From an uncultured Spartobacteria bacterium (GTDB lineage: Bacteria; Verrucomicrobiota; Verrucomicrobiia; Chthoniobacterales; UBA6821): DNA of 64,000 nucleotides. The position numbers were made by a program, and so were the translations under genes. Under the pieces are notes generated by a model, which saw nothing but the letters and a program-made list of their open reading frames with translations, had not been told where the DNA came from and made no database searches. Shown here piece after piece: positions 53,955-62,537 of the stretch. The DNA lies in assembly GCA_903823215.1 (NCBI GenBank), contig CAIJRY010000252.1, forward strand, positions 56-64,055, in the 5' to 3' direction. Positions within the stretch are counted from its first letter, which is position 1; each line of letters begins with the position of its first letter.

Positions 53955-55712
53955 TTAGAAAAGATCTCCATAACGTGTACGGGCCAAGCCGGTGGTGCGG
54001 GCATAGATCTCGACAGCCCGTTCGCCTGAGAGGGCGTGGTTCACGATCGCCTCGCAAGCAGCAACATCGAGGCTTCGTATCGCTTTCTTGACCCGGGGAA
54101 CCAGGGCCGCGCTGGCACTGAGTTCGTCGATGCCAAGCCCTACCAACAAGGGGGTGAACTCGATGTCGCCAGCCAGCTCGCCGCAGACTCCCACCCAGAT
54201 GCCTGCCGCATGTGCGGCATCGACGATGGTCTTCAGAGTCCTGGTCACGGCGGGGTGGGCAGGATCGTGGAGATGGGCGATCCGTTCATTTCCTCGATCC
54301 GCGGCCATCAAATACTGGAGCAGATCGTTTGTTCCGATGCTGAAAAACTTTACTTCCTTGGCCAGCAGGTCTGCGATGATCGCTGCGCTCGGAACCTCGA
54401 TCATGATTCCCAGCTCGATATCCACTTGGAAGGCCTCTCCCCTGACGCGCAGCTCATCCATTGCCTCGTCAAGCAGTGCCTTGGCATGAAGGAGTTCCTC
54501 GCGACCCGAGATCATCGGAAACATCAGACGGAGATTCCCGTGGACAGCAGCACGGAGGATGGCCCGCAGTTGGGTCTTGAAAATTTCGGGATGGCGCAGG
54601 CAGAAGCGGATGGCACGGCATCCAAGGAACGGATTCTCTTCCTCGACAAGATCGAGGCATTCGGTCGGTTTGTCCCCGCCGATGTCGAGGGTGCGGATGA
54701 TCACGCTCTGAGGAGCAATCCTTTCCGCAACCTGGCGATAAATGGCATATTGCTCGTTTTCGTCGGGCGGGGTTGCCCGGTTGAAATAGAGGAATTCCGT
54801 GCGATAGAGGCCGATGCCCTCGGCCCCGCATGAGGCCACATCATCAAGTTCCTCGGGAAGTTCTATATTTGCCGAGAGGATGATGTGGCGTCCATCGAGG
54901 GTGACGGAGTCGCTTTCACGAAGCGTCTCCAGGCTCTCCTCAATGTGTTCCTTCTCCTCGGCGAGTTGCTGGTATCCAGCCAGCGTTTCGGGCGATGGAT
55001 TAAGAAAAACCCTGCCGCTATAACCATCAATCAGGATGATATCCCCGTTCTCCAGCTTGTCGCAGATTCCCTCAAGACCCACGATGGCAGGAATGCCGAG
55101 GGCTCTCGCCATGATGGCGGTATGGGATGTCTTGCTTCCTTTCTCGGTGATGAATCCGGCTACATTGTCCTTGTTGAGTGTTGCCGTGTCGGAGGGAGTG
55201 AGTTCATCCGCGACAATGATATGATTGCGGTCATGTCCGGAGAGTCGCTGTCCGGTCTTTCCTAGCAGGTGCCGGATGACCCGTCGTGCGACATCCTCCA
55301 GATCGATGGCTCTCTCCCGCAGATAGGCATCATCGATTGCCGAGAGTGTCTTAATGAACCGATGGACGACACTTTGAAAAACAAACTCGGCATTGTTTTT
55401 CTTCAGGCGAATCCCCTTGTTTACCTCATCGATGAGGCTGGGATCTTCAAGAACCAGAAGATGGGCATCAAAAATACTGGCATCACCTGCACCGGCGGAG
55501 CTGCTCAGGCGCTCCTGAAGTTCTAGCAGTTCCCTTCGTGTTGCAAGCAAAGCCCCTTCAAATCGAGTAACTTCCGCATCCAAATCGGCATCTGAAAGAT
55601 CACGGAAGGGAACGACTTCATCCTCTTGAAAATGGATAAGAACTTTTCCCTCTGCAATCCCGGGAGCCACAGCCATGCCCTGAAAGACACGCTCACCCGC
55701 CGGAGGCAGCAT
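53955..55712 (-). CDS. ptsI: Phosphoenolpyruvate-protein phosphotransferase (PTS enzyme I)
   Basis: The phospho-His loop is GSKTSHTAIMARALGIPAIVG. Also present are IRTLDIGGDK and the catalytic Cys context (FFSIGTNDLLQY). The start is uncertain (55712 or 55754). Confidence 0.92.
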   Translation of the reverse strand: MLPPAGERVFQGMAVAPGIAEGKVLIHFQEDEVVPFRDLSDADLDAEVTRFEGALLATRRELLELQERLSSSAGAGDASIFDAHLLVLEDPSLIDEVNKGIRLKKNNAEFVFQSVVHRFIKTLSAIDDAYLRERAIDLEDVARRVIRHLLGKTGQRLSGHDRNHIIVADELTPSDTATLNKDNVAGFITEKGSKTSHTAIMARALGIPAIVGLEGICDKLENGDIILIDGYSGRVFLNPSPETLAGYQQLAEEKEHIEESLETLRESDSVTLDGRHIILSANIELPEELDDVASCGAEGIGLYRTEFLYFNRATPPDENEQYAIYRQVAERIAPQSVIIRTLDIGGDKPTECLDLVEEENPFLGCRAIRFCLRHPEIFKTQLRAILRAAVHGNLRLMFPMISGREELLHAKALLDEAMDELRVRGEAFQVDIELGIMIEVPSAAIIADLLAKEVKFFSIGTNDLLQYLMAADRGNERIAHLHDPAHPAVTRTLKTIVDAAHAAGIWVGVCGELAGDIEFTPLLVGLGIDELSASAALVPRVKKAIRSLDVAACEAIVNHALSGERAVEIYARTTGLARTRYGDLF

Positions 55713-55832
55713 GGTCTCTGAAAGGCGTTTGTTTCTGTTAGAGCGGCGTCCCACAGTTCACTGATTTAACGGAGACCGGGGGCCTGGTCAAAGAAGGAAT
55801 GTGAGGGGGGGCAATATTTCCCTGATGGAAGA

Positions 55833-56165
55833 CTATGCCGTATCGCGAACCGGCAACTCGATGGCCTTGCAGAGATCGCGCCATCCGGGAAAATTCCAGC
55901 CATTGGGGAAGTCCTTACACTGCTGGGGTTTGACAGCTTGGATGGAACAGTCGTTTCCTTTCAGAAAAAAGCAGGCACCGTCCTCTTGATCGATGAGTGC
56001 CAATCCCCCGCGATTGGGGCTGAGGCGCGTGTAATCCTGGATGAAACGATCCTCTTCCATCTTCAGGAAGGTCGCGATTGCTTGAATCTCTTCCCGAGTT
56101 ACGCGAACAAATCCCGGCCAGCGACAGCATGCCGTGCATCGTTGGCAGAGATAGGTTGGAGGCAT
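55833..56165 (-). CDS. YkgJ-family (UPF0153) cysteine-cluster protein
   Basis: CQRCTACCRWPG... plus the C-terminal CSIQAVKPQQCKDFP are typical of CxxCxxCC zinc/iron-chelating domain proteins. Confidence 0.75.
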   Translation of the reverse strand: MPPTYLCQRCTACCRWPGFVRVTREEIQAIATFLKMEEDRFIQDYTRLSPNRGGLALIDQEDGACFFLKGNDCSIQAVKPQQCKDFPNGWNFPGWRDLCKAIELPVRDTA

Positions 56166-56206
56166 GGGATAAATGAGCGTTTCCTCAGATTTTCTTTAGG
56201 GAAATG

Positions 56207-56230
56207 CTGAAAGCTGAAATTTGAAAGCTG
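56207..56230 (-). promoter_or_regulatory. Direct-repeat motif cAGCTTTCAaattTCAGCTTTCAg upstream of ykgJ
   Basis: Second copy of the motif at 52462-52485, in the same orientation relative to its downstream gene. Confidence 0.25.
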
Positions 56231-56275
56231 AAAAAGATGGGGGGGTAAATAAAGCCCTGCCCATTAACCCCGCTT

Positions 56276-56304
56276 CACGGAGGTGGAAAATTTCCACCTC
56301 CGTG
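56276..56304 (-). terminator. Perfect 14-bp-arm inverted repeat downstream of hsp20
   Basis: cacggaggtggaaa-a-tttccacctccgtg was read directly. It lies 15 nt after the hsp20 stop and has only a weak U-tract. Confidence 0.5.
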
Positions 56305-56318
56305 ATCCTAGTCGGATT

Positions 56319-56768
56319 CTAGGCCACTTTGACTTCGATGTGCTTGGGCTTGGCGGCCTCGCTCTTGGCTACCTGCACATGAAGAACTCCATCGCTGAAT
56401 TTTGCCTCCACCTTTTCGGTATCGGCATCCTCTGGCAGTCCAAAACTGCGGGTGAAGGTGCCGTAGGAGCGTTCGATACGGTGATATTTCTTACCCTTTT
56501 CCTCCTTTTCGAATTTCCTTTCTCCTGTAATGGAGAGGATTCCGTTTTCCACCGTCACCTTCACATCTTCTTTCTTAACCTCGGGCAATTCTGCCTTGAT
56601 CAGATATTCCCGATCATCTTCGGTGATATCGACTGCGGGTGCCCATTCGGTTGCTACGAGATCTCTTTCCCCATCCTTGCGAAAGGTTGGGAGACCGATA
56701 GCGCTGGTGATGCGATGCTGGAGTTCATCAAGATCCCTTGAGGGATTCCATCTTGCTATTGCGTGCAT
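56319..56768 (-). CDS. Small heat-shock protein (Hsp20/alpha-crystallin family)
   Basis: A 149-aa product from MHAIARWNP. The alpha-crystallin domain has PAVDITEDDREYLIKAELPEVKKEDVKVTVENGILSITGER and GVLHVQV. The longer track ORF is an unlikely extension. Confidence 0.9.
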   Translation of the reverse strand: MHAIARWNPSRDLDELQHRITSAIGLPTFRKDGERDLVATEWAPAVDITEDDREYLIKAELPEVKKEDVKVTVENGILSITGERKFEKEEKGKKYHRIERSYGTFTRSFGLPEDADTEKVEAKFSDGVLHVQVAKSEAAKPKHIEVKVA

Positions 56769-57130
56769 AGTGTTATGATTCTTCCGGCGGGATGAATCGT
56801 TCCGACCGTACCTCCTCCCGCCTTGGAAAAGATTGGTCGTGGAAGGGAACTTTTCCACCTCCAAGTGGAATTCAGCAAAGAGCATACCGGCTCTACTTCT
56901 CTTATGCTTAAGAAAACCGGGATACGGATGAGTCAGAAAAACCCAATACTCAACATCATTTTGAGACAAAATGACCCATTTTGTTTATTGTTCATGGATT
57001 GTGTCATGGGTATTAACTTTCCGGTTTGTTTGCCCGGCCATTGCTTGATGATCTCTGCCTTTGTCCCCAATGGTTATTACAACAGGCACCTTGCGATTTA
57101 TTCAGGGACTCCCTAGATTCCGAAATCGTC

Positions 57131-57805
57131 ATGCTTCTGTCACCGCCCATGATTTCATACCGTACTGCAGTTCTCCGTTTGATCCCTGTACTGGCTGCCT
57201 TGCTGCTGCCGGGATGTGCTCTTTTTGATACCAGCGCTGATCTTGCCAGTTTTCGAACGGTTGTGATCGATCCTGGTCATGGAGGGTATGATCATGGTGC
57301 CCATGCTGTCCGGGGGATGGATGAGAAGATGCTGACCCTCGATGTCGCCCAGCGACTGAGACCGCTTCTGCAAGAACGAGGATACCATGTCGTGATGACC
57401 CGCAATTCGGATATTTTCATTCCGCTTGGTGTGCGCACCGGAATATCCAACGCCAATCCCGATGCCGCCTTCGTGAGCATCCATTGCAACTGGGCATCAA
57501 GACGCTCCGCCACAGGAGTGGAAACCTATTACTACAATCCACGCTCCGCTCCTTTTGCCGCAAACATCCTGCGTGAAATCTCAGGTTGCTACGGATCCCA
57601 TAGCCGCGGTGTCAAGCCGTGCCACTACTATGTTCTCCACCACAATTTGCGACCCTCCACGCTCCTGGAACTAGGGTTCGTTTCCAACCCTAATGAGAAT
57701 GCAAGACTTCAAAATCCTGCCTTCAGGCAACTCCTTGCCGAACGAATTGCCGTAGGTATCTCAAGGGTGCATGGAGGTCATGCTCCTGTTGCTCCGGGCT
57801 CGTAG
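57131..57805 (+). CDS. Lipoprotein N-acetylmuramoyl-L-alanine amidase (Amidase_3, AmiC-like)
   Basis: Lipobox LLLPGC, then VVIDPGHGGYDHGA, SIHCN and ELGFVSNP blocks. Confidence 0.85.
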   Translation: MLLSPPMISYRTAVLRLIPVLAALLLPGCALFDTSADLASFRTVVIDPGHGGYDHGAHAVRGMDEKMLTLDVAQRLRPLLQERGYHVVMTRNSDIFIPLGVRTGISNANPDAAFVSIHCNWASRRSATGVETYYYNPRSAPFAANILREISGCYGSHSRGVKPCHYYVLHHNLRPSTLLELGFVSNPNENARLQNPAFRQLLAERIAVGISRVHGGHAPVAPGS

Positions 57806-57822
57806 GAATCATTGGATGATCA

Positions 57823-58956
57823 CTAAACACTAAAGAGATCCTTGATTCTCTCGGTGAAGCTTCTGTGGATCGGAGTATTTTCCTCACCGCAAAGCTCGGC
57901 AAAGTTTTGTAATGCCTGTCGCTGCTCTGGGTTGAGTTTGGTGGGCACCTCGACCTCCAGTTTCACATGGAGATCTCCCTTTCCATGACTCTGGAGGCGC
58001 GTCATGCCGTGACCCTTGACCCGAAAATCGCTTCCGCCCTGCGTGCCCGCCGGGATTTTTAAATTCACCGGGCCGGAGAGTGTGGGAACTTCGACTTCAC
58101 CGCCCAGAGCCGCCGTCACAAATGGAATCGGTATCTGACAATGAAGATCGCTTCCCTCTCTGACAAAGACGGGGTGTTCCTTGAGATGGATGACAACATA
58201 GAGATCGCCGGCGGAACCACCGCGTGCGCCCGCCTCGCCTCCGCCGCTGGAGCGGAGGCGTGACCCCTCATCGATCCCAGCAGGAATATTGAGTTTGATA
58301 CGCGATGTTTTTTCAGCGCGCCCTTGTCCGTTACAATCACGGCATGGCTTGTCGATCGTCTGTCCCGCCCCGTGACACTGCGGGCAGGGCTGAGCAACCT
58401 GAAAGAAGCCTCTTGAGGCAACAACCTGACCTCGGCCGCGGCAGAGGGAGCAAGTCGAGACTTTTGCCCCCTTGGCGGCGCCGGAGCCGTCGCAGGTGTC
58501 GCAGGTGTCGAGCTTACGGATTTCGATTTCCTTTTCACACCCTGCAAAGGCTTCCTCCAGAGAGATTCTGAGATCGTAGCGAAGATCGGAGCCACGACCA
58601 TCCTGAGACGCTCCTCCCCCACCGAAAAAATGATCGAAGATGCCACCGCCAGCAGATCCTCCCGATGCCCCGAACATTTCACGGAAGAGGTCGAAGGGAT
58701 CGTGCACGCCGCCGGAGCCTCCCATTCCACCCTGAAATGCGGAGTGACCATAGCGGTCGTAGGCGGCTCTTTTTTCAGGATCGCCTAGGATTTCGTAGGC
58801 CTCGGAAATTTCGTGAAAGCGTAGCTGAGCGGTCTCATCCCCGGGGTTTTTATCAGGGTGATGCTTCACGGCAAGCTTGCGATAGGATCGCTTGATTTCC
58901 TCAAACTCAACGGTGCGGGTGACTTCCAGTACCTCGTAGTAATCCCTTTTTGCCAT
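57823..58956 (-). CDS. dnaJ: Molecular chaperone DnaJ
   Basis: The J-domain starts at MAKRDYYEVLEV with HPDKNP. A G/F-rich region follows, then four CxxCxGxG zinc-finger repeats. The ATG at 58954-58956 gives the canonical start. Confidence 0.95.
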   Translation of the reverse strand: MAKRDYYEVLEVTRTVEFEEIKRSYRKLAVKHHPDKNPGDETAQLRFHEISEAYEILGDPEKRAAYDRYGHSAFQGGMGGSGGVHDPFDLFREMFGASGGSAGGGIFDHFFGGGGASQDGRGSDLRYDLRISLEEAFAGCEKEIEIRKLDTCDTCDGSGAAKGAKVSTCSLCRGRGQVVASRGFFQVAQPCPQCHGAGQTIDKPCRDCNGQGRAEKTSRIKLNIPAGIDEGSRLRSSGGGEAGARGGSAGDLYVVIHLKEHPVFVREGSDLHCQIPIPFVTAALGGEVEVPTLSGPVNLKIPAGTQGGSDFRVKGHGMTRLQSHGKGDLHVKLEVEVPTKLNPEQRQALQNFAELCGEENTPIHRSFTERIKDLFSV

Positions 58957-58960
58957 AAGA

Positions 58961-59521
58961 CTATGCTTTGTTGACGATGACGCTCGAGGGGCGCACAAGC
59001 CGGTCTGCCAGTCGGTATCCACGGCGAAGCTGACGCAAGACGGCTCCATCTGGTTGAGCGGGGTCGGACTCATGACCCAATGCCTCATGCAGTTTAGGAT
59101 CAAAGGGCTGGCCGACGGCATCAATGGGCTGCAGCCCGCTGGTCTGAAGGAAGTCCCCAAGCTGCCGATGAATCATGGCAAAGCCGTTGACGATACCCTT
59201 GGCCGACTCATCTCCGCGTGCAGCTTCGAGTCCAAGTTCAAAATTATCGAGGATCGGAAGGAGTTTTTCCAAGAGTCCGGCGTTGGCAAACCGGATCGCT
59301 TCCTCTTTTTCCCTAATCATGCGCTTGCGGTAGTTTTCAAGATCGGCGGCGGCCCGCTGGGCGGCGTCACGATAACGATCCACCTCTGCCTGCAGGTTGG
59401 GTGAGGCCACTTGATCCGGTGCTTCCTGATGATCCTGGGATGTGGAGACATCGGGATCTACGGGTTCCTCGGAAGGATGCTGGGCGGGTTTGGGCGTGTG
59501 GGGTTGGTGTTCTTTTTTCAA
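58961..59521 (-). CDS. grpE: Nucleotide exchange factor GrpE
   Basis: DRYRDAAQRAAADLENYRKR, and C-terminal GYRLADRLVRPSSVIV. It lies immediately upstream of dnaJ. Confidence 0.9.
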   Translation of the reverse strand: MKKEHQPHTPKPAQHPSEEPVDPDVSTSQDHQEAPDQVASPNLQAEVDRYRDAAQRAAADLENYRKRMIREKEEAIRFANAGLLEKLLPILDNFELGLEAARGDESAKGIVNGFAMIHRQLGDFLQTSGLQPIDAVGQPFDPKLHEALGHESDPAQPDGAVLRQLRRGYRLADRLVRPSSVIVNKA

Positions 59522-59538
59522 GGCTGCGATAGAATGTT

Positions 59539-61008
59539 TTAGAGTTTCTGTAGTCCTATGAGAGTGATGTCGTCGTGCTGCGGGTTCCCTTCCGAGAAGG
59601 CCTGCACTGAATGAGCCAGTCGATGGAGGGTTTCCACGGCTCCGTCGCGGGCGCTTTCCAGTAGTTCTCCGGTCAGCCTCTCCACGCCAAACTCATTACC
59701 TGTGGCATCGAGTGCCTCGGTAAGTCCATCCGTATAGAGCAACAGGAGATCTCCCTGCCCGAAACGGAATGGAAAGTCTGTGCAAAACCTATCGAAGACC
59801 CCGCCGCTGTCAATCCCCACGGCCATTCCCTTGGGGTTGAGACGCTCCACTTCGCGGGTCTCCGCACGGTACAAGAGCGGGGCATCATGGCCTGCTCGCG
59901 CTAGCAGTGCCTCCCCAGAGTGCCGGTTGAGCACGACATAGGCCATGCTGATGAACATGTCCTCTTTCATGTCGGGGTAGAGTTGTCGGTTGACAGCTCT
60001 CAGCACGGTGGCGGGAGAAATATGACCGCGGGATTGGCTCCGCACAGCACTCCTGCACATTGCCATGATGAGCGAGGCGGGAACTCCCTTGCCCGAGACA
60101 TCGGCAATCGCAATACCGAGATGATCGTCATCGACTGGCAGGTAATCAAAATAGTCCCCGCTCAGCGTGCGGGCAGGAAGATTGAGTCCGCTGATCTGGT
60201 ATCCCGGAATCTCCGGCGCATCGGACGGGAGGAGAATCTTCTGTATCTCCCGGGCAATCTGGAGATCGTGATCCATCGCGTGCTTCTCCCCCGCCTCAAG
60301 ATAGATGGCCTGATTGAAAAGGGCAAAGGCCGACTGTTCCAAGATCGCCTGAAAAAGCTCCTTTTTGGCGTGGCGGAAAGGGATGCTGCCTCTTCCGTTG
60401 GCAATCGCTAGCACGCCGAGTAACTTGCCCCTGTAATGCAGGGGCCCAAGCATGACCGATTCCAGACCCTGGGCGGCAAAGAGGGCGGACAATGCTGTCT
60501 CTTCCGTCAATTCCTTTCCGTGATGAGGAGCAACCAACAACCGGGGCTCCTTCCAATTACAGGCAGCTCCCAGAAGAGCGGTACCTCTGGGAACAGCCTG
60601 AAGCCGGAGAAAGCTCTCGATGGCCTGATTGCTCACACCTTCTCCGAGATTGGCAGTCAGACTTTCAGGCAGGACGACAAGAGGAGGGCATCCCTTTGTC
60701 AGAAAGGAAGGGATCAGGTTATTTCCCGTGCGGTCGATCAGATAGAGTGCTCCTCCATCAGCTTTAAGAATATGAGTACCACCCTCGACGATAAGACGAT
60801 TGAGTTCAGTGGAAGGAACCCCCTCGGCAAAGGCTGCACCCAGCCCGTGCAAAAAATCAAAAACACGCTTCTCCTCCTGATGAATCTCCGCAGAGCTTTT
60901 TCTGAGCTGACCAACGCGTCTGTTGGAGCCAAAAACGATAAAACCAAGCACTCCCATGACAAGGGCCATGAGGGCGATGACAAGAGTCTCAATCGTCTGA
61001 AGCATCAT
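59539..61008 (-). CDS. Membrane-anchored GAF-domain PP2C (SpoIIE/RsbU-like) serine phosphatase
   Basis: N-terminal TM segment and a central GAF-like region. PP2C blocks are AREIQKILLP, SGDYFDY, IADVSGKGVPASL, LLYTDGLTEA and HDDITLI. Confidence 0.82.
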   Translation of the reverse strand: MMLQTIETLVIALMALVMGVLGFIVFGSNRRVGQLRKSSAEIHQEEKRVFDFLHGLGAAFAEGVPSTELNRLIVEGGTHILKADGGALYLIDRTGNNLIPSFLTKGCPPLVVLPESLTANLGEGVSNQAIESFLRLQAVPRGTALLGAACNWKEPRLLVAPHHGKELTEETALSALFAAQGLESVMLGPLHYRGKLLGVLAIANGRGSIPFRHAKKELFQAILEQSAFALFNQAIYLEAGEKHAMDHDLQIAREIQKILLPSDAPEIPGYQISGLNLPARTLSGDYFDYLPVDDDHLGIAIADVSGKGVPASLIMAMCRSAVRSQSRGHISPATVLRAVNRQLYPDMKEDMFISMAYVVLNRHSGEALLARAGHDAPLLYRAETREVERLNPKGMAVGIDSGGVFDRFCTDFPFRFGQGDLLLLYTDGLTEALDATGNEFGVERLTGELLESARDGAVETLHRLAHSVQAFSEGNPQHDDITLIGLQKL

Positions 61009-61145
61009 GAAAAGACATCACCATGAACGAGATTGAAGAAGAAGACCAGCACCACTCGAGTCATTCATTTGCAGATCAAAAAGAGCCTTCTGAAAGCCCT
61101 AATTGGCAAACGGTCCAAATAATCCGTTCTTCCCTTAGAGCCTGT

Positions 61146-61661
61146 CTAAGCACCCTGCCTCGCTCCCGATTCCTGCTTCAGATATTCCAACACATCCCGA
61201 AAACGGTTGGCGTTGACCGGATTGGCTGAGGCAAGCGCCTCGTGGGCGGCAAGCACGATCTCCTTCTCGGGGCCTGTCTCCGAAGGGAGTTCGATCAACT
61301 CCGCCCCCTGTTCGGCCGGCATTTTCAATTCGCCCTCCATCGGTTCCACCGAAAAAAGGAAATTGAGGCCGAGATTTTCCAGAAGAGCCACATTGCGAGG
61401 GCTGACATTAAGCGTTCGGAGGTTCCCTTGTCCCAGTTCACGAAGGTTCTGGGAGATTCCCGTCAGAGTTCCCATGAAGGTCGAATCCATGTGATCGCAG
61501 GCAGCCAGATCGATGATGAAGTCCCTGTAGCCGCGCTGAATCATCGCGTGGACGAATTTTTTTAAAGAGCCACTCCCTTGAAAATTCCCCCTGCCCTCGA
61601 CCTGAATCCAGACGATCCGGTCGAAACAGGCGACGCTGATGGTGACGGGAGGGTTGACCAT
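61146..61661 (-). CDS. STAS-domain protein with a C-terminal extension
   Basis: IWIQVEGRGNFQGS...IIDLAACDHMDSTFMGTLTG is a STAS core with a Ser/Thr in the acceptor position. The start was chosen at MVNPP. Confidence 0.65.
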   Translation of the reverse strand: MVNPPVTISVACFDRIVWIQVEGRGNFQGSGSLKKFVHAMIQRGYRDFIIDLAACDHMDSTFMGTLTGISQNLRELGQGNLRTLNVSPRNVALLENLGLNFLFSVEPMEGELKMPAEQGAELIELPSETGPEKEIVLAAHEALASANPVNANRFRDVLEYLKQESGARQGA

Positions 61662-61687
61662 TTTATGAGTGGGTGGATCAGAAAGAG

Positions 61688-62521
61688 TCAATGAAAGCAT
61701 GGATAGCTGCCACATACCATGGGGTTCATCCCGACAGATTTCAAGGTTTCAAGTGCCTTCTTAACCAATGGCTCCCCAACATGCCCCTCGATCTCCAGCA
61801 TCAGGTGGAGACCGCCACGGGGTGAACGACGGCTATGGATCGAGAGCACATTGACTCCGTCCACCCGGAACGGATCCAGCGCCTTGGCCAACGCTCCGGG
61901 TTGATCATCAAGGTGAATGAGCAGTGCCGTCTGATCATCGCCCGAGGAAGCGTTGAGCGATGGGCCGAGTACCAGATAACGGGCTGAAATATTCCCCTTC
62001 TCCCCGCTAAGAATTATCTGGGCGCAAAGAAACACTCGTCCGGGCATACTTTCGTCGGCCAGCAACTCCAGAATCTTTGCATCAGGGCCATCCTCTCCTA
62101 ATGAAATCACACCGCAGTCTGCGGAACCAAGTGCCACGGACTCGAAGAGTCGCGCTGCGTCATCATAAAAACCATACCGGACGCTGGAACCAAAATGTTG
62201 TTTTGCTGCGAGATGCGTAAGCCCGGCGACATTCCCCTCCACGGCGATGAGAGTATCCTTTTCCAAGGCGAGCGATGCCGACATGATCTCCCGATAGATC
62301 GCCCGGATGGCCGCCTCGTCAAGCGGGCCCTTGTTTTGTGCAACCAGTCGTCGCATCAACTGCTCCGCGCGTCCCGGCACATAGACGGGACAACCTGAGC
62401 GCTCCTTGATCCTTCCTATCTCCTGGGCAAGTCTTGCGCGTTCATTGAGCAAACCCAGCAACGAGCCATCCAAGGTGTCGATGGCTTTGCGTATCTCTTC
62501 AAGCGGATCGGGATGATTCAT
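61688..62521 (-). CDS. pheA: Bifunctional chorismate mutase / prephenate dehydratase
   Basis: The N-terminal CM_2 helix is IRKAIDTLDGSLLGLLNERARLAQEIGRIK. The PDT domain and a C-terminal ACT-like region (TALLIHLDDQPGALAKAL) follow. The start was set at MNHPD. Confidence 0.85.
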   Translation of the reverse strand: MNHPDPLEEIRKAIDTLDGSLLGLLNERARLAQEIGRIKERSGCPVYVPGRAEQLMRRLVAQNKGPLDEAAIRAIYREIMSASLALEKDTLIAVEGNVAGLTHLAAKQHFGSSVRYGFYDDAARLFESVALGSADCGVISLGEDGPDAKILELLADESMPGRVFLCAQIILSGEKGNISARYLVLGPSLNASSGDDQTALLIHLDDQPGALAKALDPFRVDGVNVLSIHSRRSPRGGLHLMLEIEGHVGEPLVKKALETLKSVGMNPMVCGSYPCFH

Positions 62522-62537
62522 GAAAAGCAGCGTTTTC

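Noticed and set aside
53955-55754. Orphan PTS enzyme I as evidence of an incomplete or regulatory PTS
   Set aside because: HPr and EIIA genes may lie outside the window, so no conclusion is possible from absence here.
55805-56245. Two G7 homopolymer tracts (55805-55811 and 56239-56245) flanking ykgJ as possible phase-variation switches
   Set aside because: The tracts are short and intergenic, with no evidence of length heterogeneity available from a single sequence. This is too weak to report as a finding.
56823-57116. 97-aa ORF in the 360-bp hsp20/amidase divergent intergenic region
   Set aside because: It is Cys/Phe/Leu-rich with odd composition, has no ribosome-binding site, and overlaps the likely promoter and 5' UTR elements of both flanking genes.
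57823-59521. grpE-dnaJ without an adjacent dnaK as an anomaly
   Set aside because: Split hsp70 operons are common in many phyla, and dnaK is probably encoded elsewhere. This is not informative within the window.
61023-61229. 68-aa plus-strand ORF in the gap between the PP2C and STAS genes
   Set aside because: It partly overlaps the STAS gene's 3' end on the opposite strand. It has no Shine-Dalgarno sequence or recognisable motif and is most likely non-coding spacer.
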